Below are positions 20,240-29,326 of a DNA stretch of 64,000 bases, piece after piece. Location of the stretch: the NCBI GenBank assembly GCA_002791275.1, contig PFWT01000007.1, positions 26,859-90,858 on the forward strand, read 5' to 3'. The notes beneath the pieces are model-generated. The model saw only the letters and a list, made by a program, of their open reading frames with translations. It did no database searches and was not told the DNA's origin. Made by a program: the position numbers and the translations under genes. Positions within the stretch are counted from its first letter, which is position 1. Every line of letters starts with the position of its first letter. This DNA comes from Candidatus Uhrbacteria bacterium CG_4_9_14_3_um_filter_41_35. Its GTDB lineage: Bacteria; Patescibacteriota; Patescibacteriia; UBA9934.

Positions 20240-20494
20240 TTATGCTTGTTTAACGATTCTCCATCTCTTTCCTTTTGAAAGTGGTCGAGTTTCTTCAATA
20301 GTTACTAAATCTCCAGTCTTAGCCTCATTTTCTTCATCATGAGCCTTGTACCGTTTGCTGATAGTGTATCGTTTTAGGTACTTTGAGTGGATTACCGTTC
20401 GGTCAACTTTAACAACGACGGTTTTGTCCATCTTGTCAGAAACAACTTCACCTTTCAGTCGTCGTCTTTTACTTTGTATTGTTTTCTCTGTCAT
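20240..20494 (-). CDS. rpsQ: 30S ribosomal protein uS17
   Basis: [11 protein letters not shown]; ETRPLSK. Confidence 0.96.
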   Translation of the reverse strand: MTEKTIQSKRRRLKGEVVSDKMDKTVVVKVDRTVIHSKYLKRYTISKRYKAHDEENEAKTGDLVTIEETRPLSKGKRWRIVKQA

Positions 20495-20504
20495 ATTGAC
20501 CGAA

Positions 20505-20723
20505 TTACTTAATTACCTCCTCTTTTGAGTCAGTCTTACCACTTGCACTTGCGATAGCAGTCTGCAACTTGGCAATAGTTTTCTTTGAATTACGAAGTGC
20601 GCGAACATTTTTAAGCTGATTGATAGAAACTTTTAACTGTAAGTCGTAGAGATTTCCACGCTCTTCAGAAAGCATCTTTGTCAGTTCGTTTACGCCTTTT
20701 GTTTCTAGTTCTTTATATTCCAT
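20505..20723 (-). CDS. rpmC: 50S ribosomal protein uL29
   Basis: Position and helical L29 pattern (KKTIAKLQT). Confidence 0.9.
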   Translation of the reverse strand: MEYKELETKGVNELTKMLSEERGNLYDLQLKVSINQLKNVRALRNSKKTIAKLQTAIASASGKTDSKEEVIK

Positions 20724-20724
20724 A

Positions 20725-21138
20725 TTACATGCGTATTACAAACTTAGTTTTCATCGGAAGTTTGTGCTGAGCAAGACGAAAAGCTTCTCGAGCCTGTTCT
20801 TCATCAACACCATCCATTTCAAACATTACAGTACCAGCCTTTACTGGAGTCATGTAATAATCAACAGATCCCTTTCCAGTTCCCATTCCGCTTTCAGCAC
20901 CATGGTTTGTGATTGGGTGATCTGGAAATAGTCGAATCCAGATTTTACCTCCTCTTTTTACGTGACGAGTCATAGCTCGTCGAGCAGCTTCGATCTGACG
21001 AGCTGTTACCCATGACTCAGTCATAGCTTTAAGTCCGTACTGACCAAACGCAACTTCAGTTTTCTGTGTCGCAAGACGGTCGCCTTTTGTTCGGCGCTTG
21101 TGCTGCTTGCGATATTTCATTTTTTTTGGCATCAACAT
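20725..21138 (-). CDS. rplP: 50S ribosomal protein uL16
   Basis: QIEAARRA; MGTGKG. Confidence 0.96.
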   Translation of the reverse strand: MLMPKKMKYRKQHKRRTKGDRLATQKTEVAFGQYGLKAMTESWVTARQIEAARRAMTRHVKRGGKIWIRLFPDHPITNHGAESGMGTGKGSVDYYMTPVKAGTVMFEMDGVDEEQAREAFRLAQHKLPMKTKFVIRM

Positions 21139-21159
21139 ATGCTCTATCTAATGTTACGT

Positions 21160-21855
21160 TTAGCGTTCTCGTCGCCGAGGTTTTTCAATCTTCTTCACAT
21201 TGCTTACTGCTTCTCCCTCAAAAACCTCTCCCTTGTAAATCCAAACTCTTACTCCGATAGCTCCCCAAATAGTTCGGGCAGTAATTCGAGCAAAGTCTAC
21301 ATCCGCTCTAAGGTTATGAAGAGGAATACTTCCTTCAGAAATAGTTTCAGTTCGAGCAATTTCTGCACCGTTTAGACGTCCACAAACAGTGATTTTTACT
21401 CCTTTAGCGCCCGCTTTAATAACTCGTTCTCGAGCCATTTTCATACTTCGTCTGAAAGGCATTCGTTTTTCAACTTCCTGTGCAATCTGTTGTCCAACAA
21501 CGCTTGCAGAAAGTGCTGGTTGAGCAATCTCCTGAATATTCAAGTTGATTGTAACTCTCCTGCCTCTGAAAAACTCTTTTTGAATTTTAGTTTTCAATTC
21601 TTCAATTCCAGCTCCAGCTCGACCAATGATAAATCCTGGTTTTGCTGAAGTAATAGTGATGCTTAGCTTATTTGAATTTCGATCGATAATAATCGAATCA
21701 ACACTAGCGTCCTTTAGAGTTGTCTTTAAATATTCACGAATTTGTACATCTTCTTTTAGAGAAGAAACATAATTCTTTCGAGATGCAAACCATTTTGAAT
21801 CCCAAGTATAAATTGTGTTCAATCGGAATAGTTTTGGGTGAATCTTTTGGCCCAT
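21160..21855 (-). CDS. rpsC: 30S ribosomal protein uS3
   Basis: MGQKIHP; GRLNGAEIAR. Confidence 0.96.
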   Translation of the reverse strand: MGQKIHPKLFRLNTIYTWDSKWFASRKNYVSSLKEDVQIREYLKTTLKDASVDSIIIDRNSNKLSITITSAKPGFIIGRAGAGIEELKTKIQKEFFRGRRVTINLNIQEIAQPALSASVVGQQIAQEVEKRMPFRRSMKMARERVIKAGAKGVKITVCGRLNGAEIARTETISEGSIPLHNLRADVDFARITARTIWGAIGVRVWIYKGEVFEGEAVSNVKKIEKPRRRER

Positions 21856-21858
21856 AGG

Positions 21859-22311
21859 TTAACTTTTAGTTTCTACCTTATTAGCAGTTTCTTTCTTTGC
21901 CTTTGGTGTAGTTTTTTTAGCTACAGGCTTTTTTTCTTCAACTTTTGTCTCTACTACTTTTTCAACATCTCCCTTTTTAGCTTTAGGTCCAACCGCAACT
22001 GTAATGTGACTTAGTCGCTTTCGAATTGCAGCTGCTCGACCCTGAGCTCGTGGCATGAATCTGTGGATTGTTGGTCCTTCACTAACTGACGCAACTACTA
22101 CAGTGTAGCCAGTTGTATCAAGGTTGAAGTTATTTTGTGCGTTAGCGATTGCTGAGTTTAGTACTTTTAGTACTGGTTCAGCAGCAGCTTTTCTTGAAAA
22201 CTGTAACTGCTTCTGTGCTTCAACGATGCTAAGACCTCTGATCAGATCAACCACTAGACGAGTCTTTCGTGGAGACATGTGAATATATTTTGCTGTTGCT
22301 TGTACATTCAT
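21859..22311 (-). CDS. rplV: 50S ribosomal protein uL22 (Lys-rich C-terminal tail)
   Basis: SPRKTRLV; PRAQGRA. Confidence 0.96.
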   Translation of the reverse strand: MNVQATAKYIHMSPRKTRLVVDLIRGLSIVEAQKQLQFSRKAAAEPVLKVLNSAIANAQNNFNLDTTGYTVVVASVSEGPTIHRFMPRAQGRAAAIRKRLSHITVAVGPKAKKGDVEKVVETKVEEKKPVAKKTTPKAKKETANKVETKS

Positions 22312-22316
22312 ATATT

Positions 22317-22592
22317 TTATCGCTTAACGTCAGCTGTTTTACCGCTGTGACGAACAAATTTTCGTGTAGGTGCAAATTCTCCAAGCTTGTGACCAACCAT
22401 ATCTTCTACAACTGTAACGTTCACAAAGTCTTTTCCTGTGTGCACTGCGAAAGTAAATCCAATCATCTGTGGAGTAATTGAAGATGCTCTTGCCCAAGTT
22501 TTGATTACATTTTTGTCACCAACCTTAAGCTTGCTCACCTTCTTCATGAGCTTTTCGTCTACGTATGGTCCTTTTTTTAAACTTCTAGACAT
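22317..22592 (-). CDS. rpsS: 30S ribosomal protein uS19
   Basis: RSLKKGP; GHKLGEF. Confidence 0.97.
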   Translation of the reverse strand: MSRSLKKGPYVDEKLMKKVSKLKVGDKNVIKTWARASSITPQMIGFTFAVHTGKDFVNVTVVEDMVGHKLGEFAPTRKFVRHSGKTADVKR

Positions 22593-22616
22593 AATTTATA
22601 GCTTTAGCTGGTAGCT

Positions 22617-23459
22617 TTACTTCTTCTTTTTATGATTTCGACGTCTGATAATTAGCTTATCTCCTGGTTGCTTTCTTCGTGTCTTTACACCAAGAGCTGG
22701 CTTACCAGTAGGTGTCTTAGGACGTTTAAGTCCGATAGGGTTGCTTCCTTCTCCTCCTCCGTGAGGGTGATCAACCGGGTTCATAACCTTTCCACGAACT
22801 GTTGGACGAATACCTCGATTTCGAGATCGACCAGCTTTTCCCCAACGGATCAATCGCCAATCTGGGTTTGAAACGTTTCCGATTGAAGCCATACAGTTCT
22901 TAAGAACCATACGTACTTCACCTGATGGAAGTTTAACAGTTGCCCATTTTCCTTCAATTGCGAGAAGTGTTGCGCTTGCTCCAGCCCCTCTAACCATCTG
23001 TCCACCCTTTCCAGGTTGAAGCTCGATGTTGTAAATATTCATTCCCTCTGGAATTTTTTCAAGTGGGAATCGACATCCTGGGTTTGGATCTCCTTTTTCT
23101 TCTGAAACAATAATTGTACTTCCAACCTCCACACCCTGAGGTGCGAGCATGTATCGTTTTTCTCCATCAGCGTAAGCAATCAGAGCTAGACGTGCTCCTC
23201 GGTTTGGATCGTATTCAATAGTTTGAACTATTGCTGGAATCTCTAGTTTATCGAACTTCCAGTCGATCAAACGAATGTGTCGTCTTGATCCACCCCCTTT
23301 GTGTCGAACACTAATTTTTCCATTCATTGCTCGACCAGCACGTTGCTTTTTGTGTGTAGTCAAACTTTTTAGCGGACGCTTTGAAGTAACGTCATCGAAA
23401 GTCTGGACGCTAGATTTTCGGCGTCCTGGTGTAGTTGGTTTATATACTCGAATTCCCAT
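22617..23459 (-). CDS. rplB: 50S ribosomal protein uL2
   Basis: MNPVDHPHGGGEG. Confidence 0.97.
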   Translation of the reverse strand: MGIRVYKPTTPGRRKSSVQTFDDVTSKRPLKSLTTHKKQRAGRAMNGKISVRHKGGGSRRHIRLIDWKFDKLEIPAIVQTIEYDPNRGARLALIAYADGEKRYMLAPQGVEVGSTIIVSEEKGDPNPGCRFPLEKIPEGMNIYNIELQPGKGGQMVRGAGASATLLAIEGKWATVKLPSGEVRMVLKNCMASIGNVSNPDWRLIRWGKAGRSRNRGIRPTVRGKVMNPVDHPHGGGEGSNPIGLKRPKTPTGKPALGVKTRRKQPGDKLIIRRRNHKKKK

Positions 23460-23467
23460 ATTGACTT

Positions 23468-23917
23468 TTAGATTCCTTCAAAGATATCGACTTTAGTTCC
23501 CTTTGCAAGAGAAATAAGAGCCTTTTTATAATCCTGACGCTTTCCACTCATTCGACCAAATGTAACAGCCTTTCCGCGAACATTGATCATGTTCACTCTG
23601 ATTGGTGTAACTTTGTAAAGCTCTCTGAACGCATTTCTTACTTCAATTCTGTTAGCACCAGGCGCTACTTTAAAAGTAAGAATATTAGCGTCTGACAACT
23701 GAGCAGTTTTTTCAGAGACAATTGGTGAAATGATAGTTGAAGTTGCTTTCTTTGAGATCATTCTCACAGCTTTCTTTTCAACTTTAGTTTCTGTTTTTTT
23801 TGCTACTGTTTTTTTTGTTGTTTTTTTAACGCTCTTCTGATCGTCAGCAGTCTTTTTTGTAACACTGCTTTTTGGAACGTTTTCTTTTTCTTTATTAAAT
23901 CTATCTAGCATTCCCAT
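23468..23917 (-). CDS. rplW: 50S ribosomal protein uL23 with Lys-rich N-terminal extension
   Basis: PIVSEK; YKKALISL; start MGMLDRF at 23917. Confidence 0.93.
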   Translation of the reverse strand: MGMLDRFNKEKENVPKSSVTKKTADDQKSVKKTTKKTVAKKTETKVEKKAVRMISKKATSTIISPIVSEKTAQLSDANILTFKVAPGANRIEVRNAFRELYKVTPIRVNMINVRGKAVTFGRMSGKRQDYKKALISLAKGTKVDIFEGI

Positions 23918-23918
23918 A

Positions 23919-24548
23919 TTAAGCAGTGTAAGTTTCCTTAATAACGTCGATAGCTTCCTTTGATACGAATAGGTATTCATACTTTGCAAGGTCTCGAGCA
24001 TTTAAACTTCGCGCACTAATTGATCGGGTCTTTGGCAAGTTTGAAGCAGCACGAATTGTGTTCAAATCATTTCCAGTTGTTACAATAAGAGCTGATCGAC
24101 CATCACCAGGCAATGCCTTTCGCATTTGCGCAAGTGAAGAAGTCTTTGCTTCAACATCATATGCATCGAGTGTAACAAGTTTATCTGATAAAACTTTATC
24201 AGATAGCATCATCAAAATTGCATTTCGTCGCAATTTTTTATTTACCTTCTTGCTAAAATTTCTAGCAGCAACTGGTCCGAAAGTTACTCCTCCACCTGAC
24301 CAAATCGGTGATCGACTAGATCCGTGACGAGCTCGTCCAGTTCCTTTTTGCTTCCAAGGTTTCTTACCTCCTCCGCGTACCTCAGAACGATCTTTTGTTT
24401 GTGCGTATCTAACTCTGCTATTAGCTAGCTGAGCAGTAATTACTTCGTGAACAACATATGGTTTAACCGCAACAGCAAAAAGCTCGTCAGGAAGTGCGAT
24501 CTTTCCAGAGTTGGTTCCATCTGTCTTATATAGTGTTACTTCTGCCAT
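23919..24548 (-). CDS. rplD: 50S ribosomal protein uL4
   Basis: KPWKQKGTGRARHGS. Confidence 0.97.
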   Translation of the reverse strand: MAEVTLYKTDGTNSGKIALPDELFAVAVKPYVVHEVITAQLANSRVRYAQTKDRSEVRGGGKKPWKQKGTGRARHGSSRSPIWSGGGVTFGPVAARNFSKKVNKKLRRNAILMMLSDKVLSDKLVTLDAYDVEAKTSSLAQMRKALPGDGRSALIVTTGNDLNTIRAASNLPKTRSISARSLNARDLAKYEYLFVSKEAIDVIKETYTA

Positions 24549-25159
24549 ACATTTCCTTCAGTTGACATTAACTTAACAAAACTGCCTCGAGCTCCTGGAA
24601 CAGCACCTTTTACAGCAACAATGTTCCGAGCAGTATCTACGTTTACAATTTCTAGGTTCTTAACAGTAGTCTGGTCTCCTCCCATTCGACCTCCCATTTT
24701 AGTTCCCTTAAACACTCTTTGAGGACCACCTGCACCAATTGATCCAGGCATACGAAGCTGATCTTTGTGTCCGTGACTGGCAGGTCCTCCCTTAAAACCG
24801 TGTCTTTTAACAACACCTTGGAAGCCTTTTCCCTTTGAAACACCAACAACGTTGATCTTTTCTCCAGCACTGAATAAATCTACTCCGATAATCTGACCTC
24901 TTTCTAGAGTCTCGTCTTTATTAACTGCTACCTCTGCTACGAAAGCAAATGTACCCAGTCCTTTCCACTCCTCTCGTTGTGGTTTATTGACGCTCTTCTT
25001 TGAGCCAAAGCCTATAACCTTAGTGTTTACACCTTGGGCATTAACTTTTAAAGCTGCTATTACGTTTGGACCAGCTTCAATTAAAGTTACAGGAACAACC
25101 GTTCCATCTTCTTTGAAGAGCTGAGTCATCTCTATTTTTTTTCCTAATAGGACTTTCAT
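24536..25159 (-). CDS. rplC: 50S ribosomal protein uL3
   Basis: KGKGFQGVVKRHGF; VKGAVPG. Confidence 0.97.
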   Translation of the reverse strand: MKVLLGKKIEMTQLFKEDGTVVPVTLIEAGPNVIAALKVNAQGVNTKVIGFGSKKSVNKPQREEWKGLGTFAFVAEVAVNKDETLERGQIIGVDLFSAGEKINVVGVSKGKGFQGVVKRHGFKGGPASHGHKDQLRMPGSIGAGGPQRVFKGTKMGGRMGGDQTTVKNLEIVNVDTARNIVAVKGAVPGARGSFVKLMSTEGNVWQK

Positions 25160-25479
25160 ATTTTATGAAATTCGTTAGATAAACTGGTGCAAATCTTATT
25201 TTGATATGCAAAAAACCAGAAGTCACAAAACATCACAAAAATTGATGTTTAGCGGCTTCTAGCCCTAAAATCGCTTGAAGATTGTAGGTAAATTGTAATT
25301 TGTTAATAAAAACGGCTTCCTTTCATTCTCTCTCGAAGCTTCGAGAAGGTTTTCCCTCCAGCTAAACTGGACGGATCTTTCTTCTCGGTTCGATCCAAGA
25401 ACCTGTTGTTGGGTTATGACCCTGCGATTTTCGGCATAACCGAGAATCGACGGGTCACAACCCGATAGATACTCTTTTA
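25160..25479 (-). promoter_or_regulatory. Long structured rpsJ-rplC intergenic region (candidate r-protein leader/attenuator)
   Basis: Hairpins at 25411-25463, 25357-25371, 25331-25346 and a U-tailed hairpin 25210-25266. Confidence 0.5.
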
Positions 25480-25815
25480 CTACATTTTGATCTCGATGTC
25501 TACCCCAGCTGGCAAGTTGAGTGTCATCATAGCGTCAACAGTGCTTTCAGTTGGACTAATAATGTCGATCAAACGCTTATGAACTCGCATTTCAAACTGG
25601 TCACGAGACTTTTTATGTACGAAAGTTGACTTGTTTACAGTGAATATTCTCTTCTCTGTTGGAAGAGGTACTGGACCAAGAACTTTTGCACCACTACGTT
25701 CAGCAGTCTTAATGATAGTTTCTGTAGCGCTATCAATAATCTTGTGATCGTATGCTCGAATTTTGATTCGAATTCTCTGATTTGTATCTTCGGTTTTTTT
25801 GGCTTCTTCTACCAT
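25480..25815 (-). CDS. rpsJ: 30S ribosomal protein uS10
   Basis: [10 protein letters not shown]; GPVPLPT; HKRLIDI. Confidence 0.97.
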   Translation of the reverse strand: MVEEAKKTEDTNQRIRIKIRAYDHKIIDSATETIIKTAERSGAKVLGPVPLPTEKRIFTVNKSTFVHKKSRDQFEMRVHKRLIDIISPTESTVDAMMTLNLPAGVDIEIKM

Positions 25816-25838
25816 AAAGGACAATTTTTTAAGCAAGA

Positions 25839-25868
25839 AAGGAAAAGGTCTTAAGCGACCTTTTCCTT
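25839..25868 (-). terminator. Hairpin downstream of tuf
   Basis: aaggaaaaggtc-ttaagc-gaccttttcctt. Confidence 0.65.
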
Positions 25869-25879
25869 AATTGGCTTTC

Positions 25880-27058
25880 TTATTCAATAATCTTTGTTAC
25901 AACTCCAGCTCCAACTGTTCGTCCACCTTCTCGGATAGCAAATCTCATTTGCTCTTCCATAGCAACTGGTTGGATTAGTTGGATTTCAAGGTTAACTGTG
26001 TCTCCAGGCATAACCATCTCTGTTCCCTCAGGAAGAGCAGTTACATCACCGGTAACGTCAGTTGTTCGAATGTAGAACTGTGGCTTATAACCCTTAAAGA
26101 ATGGCTTGTGTCGTCCACCTTCCTCTTTTGTAAGAGAGTAAACCTCAGCCATAAACTTTGTGTGTGGCTTTACAGAACCAGGCGCAGCAAGCACCATACC
26201 TCGAAGAACGTCCTCCTTCTTAATACCTCGAAGAAGTAGTCCAGCGTTGTCTCCTGCCATACCTTTATCTAGGTTCTTGTTGAACATTTCGATTCCGGTA
26301 ACAACAGTCTTTTGTGTGTCTCGAATTCCAACGATTTCAACTTCATTGTTCAAGTTGATAATTCCTCGTTCAATTCGTCCAGTAACCACGGTTCCTCGAC
26401 CTTCAATTGAGAAAACGTCCTCGATTGGAAGTAGGAATGGCTTATCAGTATCTCGTACTGGAGTAACAATATATTCATCTAGAGCTTTTACAAGTTCTTT
26501 GATTGAATTTACAGCTGACTCCTCTCCTTCGATAGCCTTAAGAGCTGATCCTCGGATGATAGGTGTTTCGTCACCTGGGTACTCATACTGTTTCAAAAGG
26601 TCTCGGATTTCCTCTTCAACAAGGTCAACAAGTTCTGGGTCATCAACCATGTCAATTTTGTTAAGGAAAACCACAATCTGAGGCACTCCAACCTGACGTG
26701 CAAGAAGAATGTGCTCACGTGTTTGTGGCATTGGACCGTCTGCTGCTGATACAACCAAGATTGCACCATCCATCTGAGCCGCACCAGTGATCATGTTCTT
26801 AACATAATCGGCGTGACCTGGACAGTCAACATGGGCGTAGTGTCGTGTTTCTGACTCGTACTCAACGTGCGATGTTGAGATTGTAATTCCACGCTCTCGT
26901 TCTTCAGGAGCGTTGTCAATCTGACTAAATTCCTTTTTCTGTCCTGACGGAGAGAAAAGAGAAGAAAGAGCAGCAGTAAGGGTAGTCTTACCGTGGTCAA
27001 CGTGACCAATTGTTCCCACGTTAACGTGAGACTTTGAGCGATCAAACTGTTCTGCCAT
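25880..27058 (-). CDS. tuf: Elongation factor Tu
   Basis: [18 protein letters not shown]. Confidence 0.98.
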   Translation of the reverse strand: MAEQFDRSKSHVNVGTIGHVDHGKTTLTAALSSLFSPSGQKKEFSQIDNAPEERERGITISTSHVEYESETRHYAHVDCPGHADYVKNMITGAAQMDGAILVVSAADGPMPQTREHILLARQVGVPQIVVFLNKIDMVDDPELVDLVEEEIRDLLKQYEYPGDETPIIRGSALKAIEGEESAVNSIKELVKALDEYIVTPVRDTDKPFLLPIEDVFSIEGRGTVVTGRIERGIINLNNEVEIVGIRDTQKTVVTGIEMFNKNLDKGMAGDNAGLLLRGIKKEDVLRGMVLAAPGSVKPHTKFMAEVYSLTKEEGGRHKPFFKGYKPQFYIRTTDVTGDVTALPEGTEMVMPGDTVNLEIQLIQPVAMEEQMRFAIREGGRTVGAGVVTKIIE

Positions 27059-27232
27059 ATTAGTATTAATATTAGGGTAATTCCCTTTTTTTTACTTATT
27101 AAGTAAGTGGGGAGAGTATAACAAAAAGCTGGAAATATTGCAAGTCTTAGCCGTGGATTACGGTCATAAATAAAAAAATGCTAAGTTTTTTGCTAACGTT
27201 AGCATTTTTTATGTGTAAAAAATGTTTTAGTT

Positions 27233-27823
27233 CTATTCAATTGGTTCTAAATAAAATTGTTCTTCATTATCGAACTCAGCAGGTAGTATTTCTGAAGATT
27301 TTTTATTTTTTAACTCCTCAAGTACAACATCCTTCTCTGGTTCGTAAACTTTTTCTTGAATAAGCGGAGCAAATATAGCTTCAGGCAATTCAAGATCCTC
27401 ATCTTCAAAATGTTCTTCTGCCACCATTTCCCTTTTTGCTTTCATTCTTTGCTCTAATTCGTTGGTATGTTCATTGTCAGTTCTCTTTTCAGTTTGAGGC
27501 TGTTCAGTCACGAGACTGTGAGGATTTTCATTAATCTGGATTTCAGGTTCAAATTCATCAAAATTATTATTATTCATATACATCTCATCCTGAAAATCTT
27601 CTTCTGAAACCATACAGCAATTTTCCTGGTCATTTCGTCCACAACAACTTTCACCTTTTGAGCAAGTGTTATTTGATTCTCCAGAAATCAAATCGAACAT
27701 TAATTCATAGTCATCAAGACCCATGATTACCATTGGTTCTTCATCCCCCTCCCCAGCTACAATCAAACGATCACCCGTCCGTTCAGCTAAGCGAATTAAT
27801 CTTTTTAGATTCTTTTCATTCAT
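27233..27823 (-). CDS. Acidic hypothetical protein
   Basis: 196-aa ORF; compact N-terminal domain, Cys cluster, acidic linker, C-terminal FYLEPIE. Confidence 0.7.
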   Translation of the reverse strand: MNEKNLKRLIRLAERTGDRLIVAGEGDEEPMVIMGLDDYELMFDLISGESNNTCSKGESCCGRNDQENCCMVSEEDFQDEMYMNNNNFDEFEPEIQINENPHSLVTEQPQTEKRTDNEHTNELEQRMKAKREMVAEEHFEDEDLELPEAIFAPLIQEKVYEPEKDVVLEELKNKKSSEILPAEFDNEEQFYLEPIE

Positions 27824-27861
27824 ACGCTCCTATCTTATCCTATTTTATATTGTGGTCAAGT

Positions 27862-27893
27862 AAAAAAAGAGCCTGCGAAATTAATCGCAGGCT
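27862..27893 (-). terminator. Intrinsic terminator
   Basis: agcctgcga...tcgcaggct followed by U-tract on - strand. Confidence 0.75.
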
Positions 27894-27898
27894 AAAAC

Positions 27899-28900
27899 TC
27901 ACGTTTGGTCGTAAACAACTTCCGACACGAAGTCGGCTTGAATCTCAGGATCTGACGGACGCTTACAGAGTGCAAAAAGCACAATCTGGAGTGCAGACCT
28001 TGTGTCCTGCGCAAGGTCGTAACCGTCATTTCTGACGACTTCCATGAGTGCCGGCGGAGTCGCATACTGTTCAAGCATTGCGCTTACCATCTCGGGTTCG
28101 AGATTCTCGACCCTAACAAGCCGAAAAGCCTCCCGCAACAGCTCAGTTTGGTGGTTGTGTGCTTTTCTGGCGTAGCTAGCTGAGTCTAGACACCTCCAAG
28201 AAAAGACCTCCTCAGACCAAGTAAACAGCTGGGAAATGAAGCCCAGAATCTCCTGACGGCGCCGTTCGCCCGTCTCTTGTTCGAGACTTAGCAGACCATT
28301 TACGGTCCGCAACCGATGACCCGAGTCTTCGACCTTGAGGCGAATAAAACGTTCAACCTCTGCGGTATGACCGTCAATTTCTGCCAAGGCTCCAATCAGC
28401 GCTTTTCCGGAGAAAAACCGTAAGTCTTCCGAGGTTGGCAGTTCCCGACGCTCCAGTTCACTGTCGGACATCACCAGCTTCAGAAACTCAAGGCGTGCAA
28501 GTGTGGAATCGCGGATTGCCTCAGTGAGCGCTTCGACCGGTTTTCTAACCTGATCGAGCTCATACTGAAGATTCTGACAATTCTGCCTCTCCGCATCCAG
28601 TCGTTTCTGAATATGCTCAGTCTCTTTTTGAGCATTGTTCAGCTCCGATTCAAGCCCGTTTGCCTCTTCCGAGAAAAGGCTAACTTGACTGAAAATAACT
28701 TGTAAGAGATGAGTTAGAAACGCGAGACTGAGCAGTCCAAAGAGTGCTGAAGAGCCAAGCAACAGCATGTCGGTCGTCTCAAAAACCCGATGATAGGTAC
28801 TCATTATGAGGCCAGTCGTCGAGATGACCCACATGAACACCAGAACAGACCCCGTCAAGATTTGATTTCTTGAAATAGTTTCAATTTCCCTGTGTTCCAT
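27899..28900 (-). CDS. Hypothetical protein, 2 TM + coiled coil
   Basis: 333-aa ORF, GGAGG SD, GC-richer than flanks. Confidence 0.7.
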   Translation of the reverse strand: MEHREIETISRNQILTGSVLVFMWVISTTGLIMSTYHRVFETTDMLLLGSSALFGLLSLAFLTHLLQVIFSQVSLFSEEANGLESELNNAQKETEHIQKRLDAERQNCQNLQYELDQVRKPVEALTEAIRDSTLARLEFLKLVMSDSELERRELPTSEDLRFFSGKALIGALAEIDGHTAEVERFIRLKVEDSGHRLRTVNGLLSLEQETGERRRQEILGFISQLFTWSEEVFSWRCLDSASYARKAHNHQTELLREAFRLVRVENLEPEMVSAMLEQYATPPALMEVVRNDGYDLAQDTRSALQIVLFALCKRPSDPEIQADFVSEVVYDQT

Positions 28901-29326
28901 GATGAACCTCCATAATTAAAAGAACGAAGCAACGAGTTTTTCACAAAATCGTGTTATTGTCAATATAGCCAATAAACAAAGAACATAGCAGATTTGCTAT
29001 GTTCAATTAATAAACTGATCTATTCGTTTTAGTTCGGTCGAGTATACTAAACGTTGACGCCATTGTGATTTTGAATATTCAAGCCTAGTTCCAACGCTCA
29101 CCATACCATTTTTTCATACCACTCACGCTGATCATCTTCGATTTCAATTCTACGCTTTAATTTTTCAGGCATACTAAATTGTAACAAGCCATTTTCTTGT
29201 AACTTAAATCTGAAAACTACGTCAATTTTTTTCATTCACTTCACACAAAGTTTTAACTAGTAAAAGTGGATTTTTCACATTATTCAATTATCTGCACTAC
29301 TACAAAAATAACGATCAGGCGCACCA

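Noticed and set aside
29000-29200. Short ORF fragments (MACYNLV...EKMVW) between orphan genes
   Set aside because: About 30 aa with no recognisable motif; may be decayed sequence but unsupported
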